From: Catajapyx aquilonaris
Taxonomy: Eukaryota
NCBI GenBank assembly: GCA_000934665.2
Contig: KZ538101.1
Coordinates: forward strand, 62,001-126,000
Direction of reading: 5' to 3'
DNA length: 64,000 bases
The notes beneath the pieces are model-generated. The model was not told the origin of the DNA and did not search any database. It worked only from the letters and a program-made list of their open reading frames with translations. Of the stretch, positions 50,527-63,115 are shown one piece after another (the stretch's first letter is position 1; every line of letters starts with the position of its first letter). The translations under genes were made by a program, and so were the position numbers.

Positions 50527-50846
50527 CCTACTGTCACCCATTGCAGCTGAATCATTGTTTTCTGGGCTACATCTTATAAAAGAAGGATTCTAGGGCATCG
50601 CTGTAGCATACCCTTTACATTCGCCAAATGTCAATCCAAAAGTCACTAGGGGTGAGTTGATGGCTTGAAGGCTTGCTCCTTCTTTATTGGACCACGCCAA
50701 CCATTTTTAAGTGTTAAAATTGAGTTAATTTAGCAATCCTTCAGTTGCGTGCACCTTGCACCACTATACTGTATTCAGCAGAATGTCTCCGAGCCTGATT
50801 TTTCTGACGGGTAAGTCATATTGACTTTCTGGCTTGACTGTAATAT

Positions 50847-51070
50847 ATGGATACCCCGTGATAGGCATCCTTGGGCCTCTTAGGGGGATCATCTTTTGAA
50901 TAACCGTCTTTAATCATTGCCTGCGCTGTAATGAATTTTGATTGCGGGAGGAGAACCCCGAGAAAACCCACGCGAACACGGAGAGAACCCATCGAAACTA
51001 TCCACATAAGTAGGCCTATCCTCCGTCCGACCCGGGGATCGAACTCGGAACCTCAGAGGGGTGTCGCCCG
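50847..51070 (-). mobile_element. SINE family E with V-domain-like core, head truncated or degenerate
   Basis: B box GAGTTCGATCC; core GTGGATAGTTTCGATGGGTTCTCTCCGTGTTCGCGTGGGTTTTCTCGGGGTTCTCCTCCC resembles the V-SINE domain from recall; TSD TCTG(G/A)CTTGACTGTAATAT (50828-50846 / 51071-51089). Confidence 0.8.
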
Positions 51071-52729
51071 TCTGACTTGACTGTAATATTCTATAATGTA
51101 ACTTTGTACAAAATAAATAATACTAAAAGTTAGCTTCTTCCAGTACTTCTGTTTTCAGCCGTCTTATACTATATTTCCTACTCCTTTGTCATATATGTCA
51201 GTTGCTCCTCTGTCTGCTTTCTCTGTATTGCGTTTCTAACGTGAGTCGCCTACACTTTGTATATTATGAGAGTTCCCTCCAGTATCATAATCAAAATCTC
51301 TCCCCCCCCCCCCCCCATGTCGTAGTAAGAATAAAAGCATTCTATGAGTATTTGTTGCTGCCATTATTCATCTTCTTGTTTGCTGGAAACATAATGAAGG
51401 CTGAAACTTATCCTGTTTCTAAACTTTCTTCGGGAGGAAAGTACAGGTTCAGCCAATAGCATACGGTAGTTCAGATCCACCGTCTTCTCTTAATCCTACA
51501 TCCTCACAGGCTCACACCAACCTCAAACAAATGATCTTGAGACGATAAATTCCGGTCTTCAAGACGGAGTTATCACTTGATAATTTCCGCTTTGTAAGCA
51601 TGACATACCCACTCCGTTTTAAGAATCTGGTTTGGGGTGGGATTAAGATAAGACGATGGGTTTTGCCGCATGTTGTAGGCTGCACTATAACCTGAGTTCC
51701 AAAAGGAAATGGTTCATTGCCCCTCCGTTACATTTTCAAAATCTAGAGTTAGCACTGGCTGCCAGAATAAAATCCTAAACCATGGGTAATTACTACCAAA
51801 ACCAAAACGAATGCCTCTCCTGCGTCAAATAACACATTTCAACATTTTATAAATACGACCTAAAGCACTCTTTTGGAAACTAAAACTCGTCATATTTATG
51901 TCGAGTAAATCAAGATTTTTTTTCTAAAAAAAAAACTTCCGTCACACCTGTTCTAAACAACCCCCCCCCCTTTTTTTCCCTATCTATCCCGCCTTTCCCC
52001 CCCTCTTCCCAAAACTCCCCTATGAGCCTTACATAATACTTGAACGACTCCTGGGCTGACACAAGAAATAGACTAGTTTGAAAGCATGAGGCCAGCAAAG
52101 GGCGCCCTTGTCTGCTGTAATAAGGAAGAAAAAGCCCGCAAAGAGGCTTCTTGCGTGATGCTACAGGCCCAGCAGCACAAAAGAGAGAGAGAGAGAGAGG
52201 GTGAAGATTGTGTAGAAGGAGAGGGGGAAGGGGGGGTGGGGATAGAAAGAGAAAAACACCTCAAACCGACAAGGCAGAAAATGAAAAAAAGTACTTATTT
52301 TTACGACTCCTAGGAGCACTTTTCACCATTCAGACCCCCATGCTCTTCTAGAGAGAGTTTTAAACACACTCTAGCATTTCTCACGATTATCGTTGGGTTA
52401 TATAAATGAAGGGCCTTCACGTTTCATTTTCCTCTGGTACCAACTACTGCATTTATAGGTGTTCATTTACCCCTGTGTTTTTTTTTAATGGCGGCAAAGT
52501 GGAGGAAAGTCCTGGTCGCATTTGAGCGATTTCTATTTCGGTTGATTGCGTAAAATAATCAGGTACTGATTGAGTCCGGAAACCTTACTCAGTCGGTTCA
52601 TTCTCTGAATCTGTCGGCCTTTAGTTGGAAAGAGTGAGGTACCAATATCCGGCGAGGTCCTGAAAAGGCTGCAGTGATGCTATAGGCGAACTTTTAGGAG
52701 CTAAATCAGAGTAGTGTCAACCCCTATAG

Positions 52730-53110
52730 GCTACGGGTTCAACTGCCATGGATCAATGTAATACAAAAGGATTAAATCAAGACCACTTCCGATGGGATTA
52801 CTCCATTTTATTTTAAAAAAACGGAAGTCGATTTGGTTGTCAACGGAACATTTTTGAAAAGTGTTGGCTGAGGAATTGTGTCAGGTGCCATGGTACTGAA
52901 CAAGACCAGCGACAGCTATCCGATGCTTCTTACAAATTTGGACATTGGGCTTCAGGATGTCGACACTAGGGGTCGGATTTATGTATGTGCTGCCATCTGG
53001 TTGCTCCCAAGAGGACTACACAATGTGACAGCCCATTTCAAATGCAGCCACGTTCGCAGATATTCCAGTCAATGTCCCAAGGTAGGAAGCTGCTTTAGTG
53101 GCCACATCAC
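52730..53110 (+). pseudogene. Decayed gag-like ORF1 of an R1/LOA/Jockey-group LINE (CCHC knuckles)
   Basis: Frameshifted pieces KSVG* / AIRCF / YKFGHWASGCRH*GSDLCMCC / QCDSP / FKCSHVRRYSSQCPK follow the IGW..RCxxCxxFGHxxxxC..CxxC..C..H..SxxCP order. Confidence 0.5.
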
Positions 53111-53178
53111 TCATTTCACACACAGGAAGGAACAGGGTTCAAGACCGGGTTGCCTAGCTCGTTACATAAAACATACTT

Positions 53179-53477
53179 ATTTATTTATTTTACCCCATTG
53201 GGAGAATCAGCGCTCCATTAGGGGGGGGGGGTGGCATNTGGCATACCACCATTTTATCACTCAATTTTTTCTGAAACTTTTACACATGGATGGGGCCAAG
53301 GATAGGAAAGGAAGGAAGCGGCTGTGGCCTATGATACGGAAGCGACCCCGGAATTATCCTGGGAGGACCGTGGAAAACCACAGAAAACTACGGTCAGGAT
53401 CGCCGGCCCCGAGAATCGAACCTAGGACCTCCCGATTACCAGTCGTACTCCTTAACCACTACACCAACCTGCTTCGG
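53179..53477 (-). mobile_element. tRNA-derived SINE family B
   Basis: A box TGGTGTAGTGG, B box GGTTCGATTC, (TAAA)n tail, TSD TAAAACAT(A/C)CTT. Confidence 0.92.
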
Positions 53478-54545
53478 TAAAACATCCTTTGCAGATGAAA
53501 GAAAGAATGGCATCATGATCTCAAAAAAAGGGGAGAAAAAATTTGCATGTTGGCATCCTGTTTGCCCTAAACCAGCTGCAGAGCTATGCACTTGAGCCGA
53601 GGATTTCCAGAAGATGAACTTGAACATTAATTCCTTATTCTGACTCGCAGTGTAGGATTGGTTTAGAGTGGAAAGGAAAATTAATTTTACAGTCAATTAA
53701 TCTCTATCACTTGCTAACCAAGATTAAAACGTCAGGCGGTAATGGGGTGTAATTTTAAGGATGCATTGAGGCTCTCTCATCTGATTAATTCTCTGTCGAT
53801 GCCTAACTCTCACCACCAGACTGAAGCACTGCAAGGAGTAAAGCTGTTGGGCAGTGTATGTCGGACATTGAGATCTTCTCCAGATGGGGCTAAAAATAAA
53901 TTTCAACAATTTTACTCTCAGGTATAGGTAACTTACAAAACGAAAATAACAGTCGAGTTGCTAAATGTTCTTTGATTAATATTTTGTCAAAATGTAGGAG
54001 ACTAGGGTTATTAGGCAAAAGTTTTACAATATCCAGGTCCTGCCTGCAAAATAATTAACGCTAACGAATATTTAATATAAATGAAATCGTAATTATTTAA
54101 CTACGATTTCCGATAGTCGATATTTCCTCTCTTGCAAAACCGGTGAAACTGTGATAGTATTAATATGCCATTACTGCCCCTTCCGCGTTATTGAACCGTT
54201 TTGTGCGAAAGTCAGATATGCCTGCATGATCAAATCGCGTTTTTAAAATGCAAATTATTGAAAACATGCCCCTTTTCCACACATTTTGATAATGGACCAG
54301 ATGAACTAATGCCACCACGAAATACTGTGTAGGACAGTAGCTGTGCATGGTGGTAGGCCTACAGCAGTTTTTTCATTAAGTTCATCAAGTGTCACCCCTT
54401 GGAAGATAATTTTACATCAATTTTACGCACATCATGTTGTTAGCGGCATCACTATTGTATTATAAAGGCTGTGTATTGCAACAAATACAAAATAACAGTA
54501 GCACTGCTGTACTTCACACTGTAACCTTACCTAGTGCATGTAATA

Positions 54546-54796
54546 GCAGGTGTGGTGGAAAAAGGTGATAACCCACAAATGTGTAATTTTTCAGGAGAGC
54601 AAATTGAAGTTTGCACTCTCTTCACAAAATTCCTATATGGAATTCGTGTTTTTATCTAGTCTGTATGACCGTCTCGTGCATGATGCGTGAACTTTGAGTA
54701 TACCAAACTGTTTCTCACGTCTTTTATATTAGTTGCTAGGTGTTTAGGTTAAAAATGACAAAATTAGGGTTATCACCTTTTTCCACCACACCCCTC
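54546..54796. mobile_element. Sola2-like MITE, diverged inverted relative of the 17495 element
   Basis: TIR GGTGTGGTGGAAAAAGGTGATAACCC / GGGTTATCACCTTTTTCCACCACACCCCTC; interior matches the reverse complement of 17495-17733 (e.g. GAGTATACCAAACTGTTT, TAGTTGCTAGGT). Confidence 0.8.
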
Positions 54797-55611
54797 ACAT
54801 GTACTGCGTGCTATAGTATGGTATACTCTTGATATAGCGTTCAAGCCGGCAAAAATCGATTTGGGCTCTTTTTTTTTACACCAGTTACTGCCCGCATCTG
54901 GCTGTTGTTTACTTCAGATCCACTGCGTCCAGGAGTATTACAGTATAAGCCATTAGTGTTATTCTGTACCGTGATGGACACAGCTTCAAGCACTTGTGCT
55001 CACCTGAGAATAATTCAGTAAGCCTACACCCATGCCAGAACTTTGATAAAATTTGTCATTATTATAAAATAGTTCCTGACGTAGTAGTGGCTGGACATTA
55101 TTCTCATAATATCCGAAACGTTATCAGAAACTATGCGGATTAAACATAATATTGATTCATGCTGCAACAACTTTAGTAACTCCATGCATTTTTAATTAGA
55201 ACTGTGTATATGGTCCTGAGTGTAAATTTTGGTGCACATCATGTACTGAAGGGTGTGAGATATTATCATGCTACTGCATATGTTATAACATAAACGCGCT
55301 CGTAATCCATATTATTCTTGGCTCGCCATAGAAAGATAATAATAAGCCGGAGCCAACACCCGCTTCCCTAACCACTAGCATAAAATACCGATCGGCAAAC
55401 ATTGTGACGAAGGGAGGGAGGGGGGGTGTAAGCGTAGGGATGATGGGCATTTATATTCTTGCCGCTCCGCAGCATATTGGGATTAGCATATGCAGCAGAT
55501 CATTGCGACTCATAAGTGGGAGTCCAAAAACTGGCGCCAGCCAAAATGTGAAAATTTCCATTACCTCGCCCCTTGCCTAGGATACATATCACCCTGTACG
55601 ATAATGATGAC

Positions 55612-55780
55612 ACTGTTGGTAGTAGCTCGTGCTTTACAAGCTCCCATCCTTGGTTCGATTCCACGTCCAGACTAGTTGGATATTAAAAGTTACGCCTGGC
55701 CCACCTTAGCATAAACCGCTAATTAACGGACTTGGAAACCTCTGACACACTCCAGTGCCTTCTAGATCTCTGGTAGCAAC
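55612..55780 (+). mobile_element. Old degenerate tRNA-derived SINE remnant
   Basis: B-box GGTTCGATTCC at about 55652 in a tRNA-like context; no second copy or TSD seen. Confidence 0.3.
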
Positions 55781-56355
55781 ATTGCATTCGCTTGCAAGCC
55801 ACGTGCAATCAGTTGCTCATGACATGGAGCTTCGTTTGCATCTGATGTCACGGAAGCGTGACTGCCACCGAATTGTTGGGAATGGAATGCAGTGAGTCAG
55901 ATGCCCCCCCCCTCCCCTCCCAAGTTCAAACGTTCAAGTTCTATATGAAGTTTGTATTTACGTTGTGCTCATTTTTTTGGGATGTGGTACGTGCGATGCT
56001 CTCAGGGGCTGTAATCATCGGTCACACACACGCAAATTCATCCCCGATGCCCTTTTTTTTCACACCCCTACACCCCTTTATCACAGTGTTTATGTTATTG
56101 AAATTCATAATCGAATGGCAAATGCGATAAGCCAAAACGACCGGCATTAGCCTGTCATTTCTTGTCGTCCTTCCCCACATCAAATTCTAATATAAAATTT
56201 TATTACAACTATTATGACCGCGTAATGTGTATGTGGGTGCGGGGATGTGCGTAAATGTGCGTGGTCTGGATGGGGATGATCCGATGCCTTAGCTTTTAAT
56301 CGATCTTGTCACTTATGACTCACACTAGTGCACATGTGAAAACATGTCATAAAGA

Positions 56356-56356
<1 letters not shown>

Positions 56357-56432
<76 letters not shown>
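56357..56432 (+). repeat. (ATT)n microsatellite
   Basis: About 25 perfect ATT units. Confidence 0.95.
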
Positions 56433-56433
<1 letters not shown>

Positions 56434-58385
56434 AGGACCGCAATATGACAAATAATGAAAACACATTAGGACATCATTACGTGTCTGTAGCTTTATGTCG
56501 CATTAAATTAAAGCATGCTCTGATTATCTGATTATAATGCCTGCGTTGATTGATGCAGACATTTGAGCTTAACCTAGATTGTTTCGACTGCCGAGGTATC
56601 ATGTTCAGCAACTATTTCAATCCTTTGTGTGTTGCTACAAACCATAATATTTGATGGGCAGTATTATTATGTAGGCAGCATAGCCAGAGGGTAAAAATGT
56701 TCCCACAAAATTTCGATCAGGTGCTAATTATACCGCAGAGTCCCCGGTTCATCATGCATGAGGGGAGAAAATATGTGCCAATTGTGCGTTTTGTCCGCTA
56801 TACAGCAATCAGCAAAAATCCAGAAAAATTGAGTGCAAACTATTTTTTTCCTCTCAAAAAAAAGACAGCACATCCTTACGTAGCAACTGTCTTCTATTTT
56901 TGCTGCCTTCTAAAGCAGAACACGTATTTGTTTTACGAAAAGCACCCTCTCCTCCCCCCCTCCCCCCTCTCCCTCCCCTGCCAGTCCCTACTATTATTTT
57001 TACTAAAAATGTGGTCTGCAGTTGAGAAGACTGAGCTGCGCACTCTGACTGCTTGTTTTGGCTTTTGGCCCTGCTTGGACGTTTGGGAAATCCCATTTGG
57101 CCAAGCCCACTAATTCCTGCTTAGCAGTCAGTTGCGGACATGCTTGTCCATTTGAAACGCCTTACCCCCCANCCCAAAACTTGCCCAAAACAGCCACGTT
57201 CGTAGCTCTCAACCCACATTACTAGTCCAGCTAGTCACATTATTTTTTTGACTCAAAAATGGAGTAATATGCGTTTACAATTTCATGTCCCTCTTTCTGA
57301 CGCAATGTCCTGAAAATAGGTCTCAATGTGTGGAAAAACACGCTAGTCTCACACCGCTAACCATCTTTAGCAGGACACAAAGCCCGCTTCTGTCCACACT
57401 GCCAAATAATTAAACCGTCCAAACTCCTTCTTGGTGAGGAAAAAGGGGGGCCTTAAACGCTTTTGAAGCAGCACTGTGCTACTCAGCTACTTAACACAAA
57501 ACGTAGCGCAAACGAGAGTGTGGCGGAACAACAGTTATTCGGAAAGTCGAGACCAACCGCCTGCCGTTCCCTTAGCACCACAATGGCAGCAAATGGTCTG
57601 AATGTGGCTGAGACTTAGGAAACCGCCAAGGCGGAGGGCAAAGACCACCGACTTTCGCCAACAATGCTTGCGGAAGAAGGTGTAATTTCAGCTTTCTACC
57701 ACCACTTCCCCCATGAGAAAACCAAAATAATGTTACGAGAGGAAAGCAAGGAGGTAAGGGGGGGATGGTTAGTAACCAACCTGCTTTCCAAGACTACTAT
57801 TCTCTTGTTTTATACAGGAGCCTTTTAGCTTCCGTCAGGTGTTGCGTGTCTCGTCGTGGTAAAGAGTTTGCCGTTTCGGTCGTTTCACAACCTTGGCACC
57901 TTTAAAGTGGCAGATGTTGCAGGGAGGTTAACCACCACTTTGCCGCAAAGTTTGGACTCGATGCTGTCTCGTTGTGGCTCGGGTTCCTCGGGTTAAGCGC
58001 ACTTAGCTACTACATTGTTTTCTCTTTCGCTGCCGAAATGATCTATAAATTATTTCCAGCTGCCTGCCCGCTTCCTGCGCTTAAGACGTGCACTGGGGTG
58101 GTTTAGACAGAGCTGCGTGTGACAACAATGTAATAAGTTTGGGTTATTGGTCTTGTGCGTTTTGTTCACTTTCTGAAACGAAATAGGAATCAAGAAAAGA
58201 CCATGCAAGAGCAGCAAAAACAACTATAAACTTTATATAGAAAGGAAAAAAGTTTGTGTGTATTGTGTATATAAGTACAGTAGGCATATGTGCGAGGGGG
58301 TATTCACTTCTGGTGATCCGTGTACACCTTCGATGGTGATCCGCACTTTTGGTGATTCAGTGTACAATTTTGTGAGGAGCCTATG

Positions 58386-58726
58386 TTTTTTTTTAAACTT
58401 ATTTATTTTACCCCGTGATATGGCCTATTGGCCCTTATAGGGGGTGGCATACCACCGTCAGTTTTCTGGTGTATCAACTTTTCTTTATTCACCGGTGCAA
58501 GGAGACAAGGCTGTTGGGTAAGGATAGGGATTTTTGGGGAGGGAACATGGGTGCAAGTGCATTGTCTGAAAAGGGGTTATGTGATGTTCCCCGGGAGGTT
58601 AGGTTGCCAGACACCTCAGGTCAGAGACCCTCCTGACGCAGGTGAAAGGGAAGCCCCAGGCGGGGATCGAACCTGGGGCATTTCACTCAGCAAGCCGAGA
58701 CGTTACCGTCTCGACCACCGTACCTC
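58386..58726 (-). mobile_element. tRNA-derived SINE family A
   Basis: Full-length homology to the 7878, 8718 and 10577 copies including B box and tail; TSD unclear. Confidence 0.9.
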
Positions 58727-60853
58727 GTATATGTATGTCCACCGTCCAGCCTAGTGGGATTGGATCGTAATAGTTTCCTAAACTCAAAATTTTAAAAATT
58801 ATTTTCTCTAATACTACATGATAGCGAAGCAGAGATTCGTCCCCTTAAGAAAATACGGTAGTGTATAACTTACAACGTCAAAAACGTAATCATGTCAGAG
58901 CGCAGCATATCGGTCAAATTTTGGAGACTCAGACGTATTTGATGCCGAAGGCTAGCTTTCATGGGTGGAATCGGACAAATTATATTTACATACTCCACTC
59001 AAACGGAAACTCTCTACCAGTCTAATGAGTCACGCTACTAATTGCTTCTATTTGAAGTCATCTCACATTAACCATTTGCAAAACGTCCGCCACATCTATT
59101 GCACTTTGCCAACGGAAGTGGTTGCTGTGGAAAGTATCACGGACCTTTTTTCCCTGTGCAATGCGTATAGGCCGACATCTAATGCTTGATGGGAATGAGT
59201 TTTAGATGACTAAATGGAATGGTCAATAACTGATATTTTATGTAGGAAAATGTACTGTACATAATTAATAAGATGACCTGGTTGCGAGCAGTACTTCTGC
59301 TGTTATATTTATCCCGAAAAATTAGCTTATTTATTTTATATGTAGGTTACCGTACTTTTCAAAACCTTCAATGAATTGAAATGCTCTCTTCCTGCAATGC
59401 ATTATTGATGGTAAGATCTCTGAACCCTATTACTAAATTGTATTTCCCTCTAGCCTGCCCCCATCATAACCACAACTTCAGTGTGAATGCTTTGTGCATC
59501 AGTTTATATCCTTCTTATAGGATTACATGGTAGTTCCCACTCCACGCAGCAGTACTACAAGCGAGGTCATGAATAAACAAGCTAAGTTGCTATGTAGGCT
59601 TCATTAAAGGCCGTAACTTCTACGCTAATTTGTTCTACCACTACAATATACAGGGTGCACCAAAACGCACCTAAAGAAGTGTGTATCGATGAAAATTTTG
59701 CGCACGCTCTGAAGATGGCATCCTGTATTATAGGCATGATGGACTTCTGCGTCACTTATCAGGAGCAGTGTCGATATAACTAGAGAGCGTAGCGTATTAC
59801 CATGGATACGGATCTCATTTGACTCCAGGAAAATCCCGTTATTATGAAGCGTGATTAGTAGTTGTAATTACGCATCATATAATAATGTACAGTATACTGT
59901 AGCCTATATGTGGCATTATTTTTACTGCTGATATGTGTAGGTCGAAACATGCATCCTTTCAGAAAAAAATAAATATGATGACCTGAAATGTCATGGATCC
60001 TAATCATTTTTGGAATAATTTCAAGCTGTGGTGAGAATTTGAAGTTTCAAAATTGCATTTTTCTTTATGGGATCCTCTTTTTCCAAACATTCCGGATATT
60101 GTAATAACTCTAGCTCAAAACTTAAACACCTACAAAAATTAAAAGCAATTATTAATTAAATTTGGACCAAATTGCGACTTGTTTCGTTCTACATTTCAGG
60201 TAGGGTATTCATAAAATTTAGCTTTATACGTGTATGTGTTGCACATAATTTTTAAATGAAGATTCTATTGGTCGTCTTTTTTAAAGCTAGACACTCATTA
60301 GTATTCTCACAGTACACACAAAATAATGCTAATCACCGAAGTCATACGCACCTTTCATCGAGGCTTCCGTATCTACGATCAGCGTCGACATCTCCCATTT
60401 TGATGACAGCTCAAAACTGACGACACCGCGACAAGCCCATTAGAGTAGTGACTATTAATATATGTCTCCCAACAGTCTGTAATATGTAACAGAATAGCAT
60501 TGAACCGTCCTAAGAACTGTATAGTATCAAATGCCCCTTATATGTGACACCCACATGAGGGGTGCATTAGAAATGACTTGAAGATCGGTTTCTTTCCTTG
60601 CTCTGCTGGTTGTGCTCTGGTTCTTCTGATAGCGCTGTCGTCACCAGGTGGATCCAAATAGTTGAAACCTTATATGACCGTGGTTGAAACGAAGAGATAG
60701 CCTTTTACATGAAAGTATAGCCATTGGAAATGGAGCTTGTTATGTCACTCACATTCAGAGTATTGTAACAAATGCTTAGCTTTCACGGATATACGCATAT
60801 TGTAAGTTTGTAACTATCTGGAGTTACAGTTGGAGAGACAGGAAGCACCCAAA

Positions 60854-60990
60854 ATGCACTGCTGTGTACCTAGGTGTTTGAATCGATTTTTCATGTCCTG
60901 TGTGACTGTGGAAAATGTACATCTGCATCTGAAACTACTGTCCCACAACAATAAGATGGTGCCTAAAACCAATAATAAGTACATGTGAAA
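60854..60990 (+). pseudogene. Possible decayed THAP zinc-finger remnant (P- or Harbinger-type element)
   Basis: MHCCVPRCLN...ENVHLH...PKTNNKYM* resembles the THAP N-terminal CxVPxCxN motif; the conserved FP, W and CxxHF residues are not intact. Confidence 0.3.
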
Positions 60991-62955
60991 TTTATTAAAA
61001 TCCTTATCTTTGAAACATTACCATTCCATTGGCTAAGCGTGATTTATATGCCTATTCACTTGTGTGCTCATTGAATCAGTTGCCCAGGTTGGAAACAGCC
61101 AGTGTGGTCCCCATTATAATGATTACAAAGTGATTCATATCATTATCTGGCTACATCTGCTTCACCGTCTAGAACAAAAGGAACATAACGTTGGACCGCT
61201 ATGAATAACATGCACTCCTCCCTTCCCCTCTTTTTTTTCAATAACTCAAATAGCAGTAATATACATTAGGTTTCATCACCTTAGGCGTTGTTCATATTAC
61301 AATGTCATTACCAGATTGTATGGCCAGATGTGTTACTATGACAACAGCCCACACAACATTTCCTCTGTGCATAGCTAGCGTATTCATCCCTTTCCTTTCC
61401 TTGGCGCATTTGTGTCTGTGAATTGGACCATTTTCCAGCGTTTCTGATTGAAGGACGTGCAGCTAGCTTGAAGCGAACTGCGTGATAGGGATGATGAAAG
61501 ACTCGTCATACTCTCACACAAACGCACCGAATCAGAGGTAAAAAGGGGGGGGGGGGGTTTAAAACTTGAAGGGGCATTGTCGGAAGTGGGCCAACTTTCC
61601 CCGAGTTTTGTTGAACAAAGCGGATATTAAACGCTGCTGGAGCTTTTGCAGTAGTCAATGTGTATAACCTTCCCTTCTCTGTGAATTGTTTCTCGACTAT
61701 AATAATGTAGGGTTAGGAGTCGTATATCAGGATGCGAGGGGAGTGGGGCGGGACAGGAGGGACTGGAGAAAGGGAGAGAGAAAGAGAGAGACAGAGAGAG
61801 TTACGCAGGAAATATCCCATAAAACCGTGCGAGTTGTGGTAATAGTGCAAGTGTGATCCAGGGATGTTGCACTAGACTAACAATTCTGCCAGGCCGTTAC
61901 TTACTTTATGTCACTGCACGTTGAACATTACTTAAATTCCTTTCCATAGCTGCTATAGGTTAATGGAACGGGGTGGGAGGGGAGAGGGGTCAGGAGGATG
62001 ATGCTGCATATTGGGGAAAAGCATGCGCCATTACCTTCCTCTGCTCTAAGTGATTTTACACACAGCCGCCTCAACTATGCCTCGACTCTGCTTGCGAGGC
62101 ACAAATCCTTTGCAGCGAAGTGGTATCAAACATAGTCGCACCTGAGGGCCACTCTCTCATATTGTTCGCCTGTTTTGTCGCCAGATTTGTAGCTTTCCCT
62201 TTCGTGCATATTGGCAAACAGGTCTGGCATGTACACTGTACAGTCAGCCTATACCAAAGCCGTATGTAGTTACCATTTTCACACGCACTGCAGCATCTTG
62301 CATTGCCATACAGGCTTTATTTCTAGATACGTTATTCAATTTCATAATTTTAAATATTCTAGCGCTACTATGCTTGGTATCTTCAAACACTTCTGGACTG
62401 CTGTACTATAATAACATGGCACTGTAATACAAAAATATTTCAGCCGTAAATCACTTAGGTCTGAAAATAGCCAAAATAATAGATTTTCGTCTTATGTTGA
62501 AAACAACCAGCAGCGATTAATGCCAAAAATAGTTAGAAATAGCGGCATATGTCATATAACAAGCGCGTGTTATCAAGATTAAAAATGCATTCAAAAAGTG
62601 GCCTTATTAGACACTTCAGCATAACTACAGACTATAATTAATATAAATTAAGGCTTACAGCTTTTTCAGTTCCGCCCACATGACGTACATTAATTTCTCA
62701 TTCACGTAGCACTGTACATGATCCTGTTATTATATTTCAACTTGGTTTAATGGTGCATTAAAAACTGGCCTAAATTTTGATGAGAGGTGATTACTCGAGT
62801 GAAGTTAATTTCCAATATTTTTCCAACCGCTATGGGCCACTTAGTAAGACCAAGATTATACAGCATATGGGGGTCATGTATGTAAGGTAATCATATCACC
62901 AGAAGTTGATAATATATTGGCAAGAAACAAAAAAGTGTCCTTATTACCCTCATGT

Positions 62956-63115
62956 CTATGGGGCTCAAATTGTTTTGGCCACTTTATCCTGGCCTTGAAG
63001 CAACTCTTCACACACATATACACACCCACCCACACCCACCTCCTCACTGTGGGGCCTGTGCGAAGGGTTGCTTCAAGACCAGGATAAAGTGGCCAAAACA
63101 ATTTGAGCCCCATAG
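62956..63115. mobile_element. Hairpin MITE family M1
   Basis: Near-identical to 14712-14853 with a longer CA-rich loop. Confidence 0.9.
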
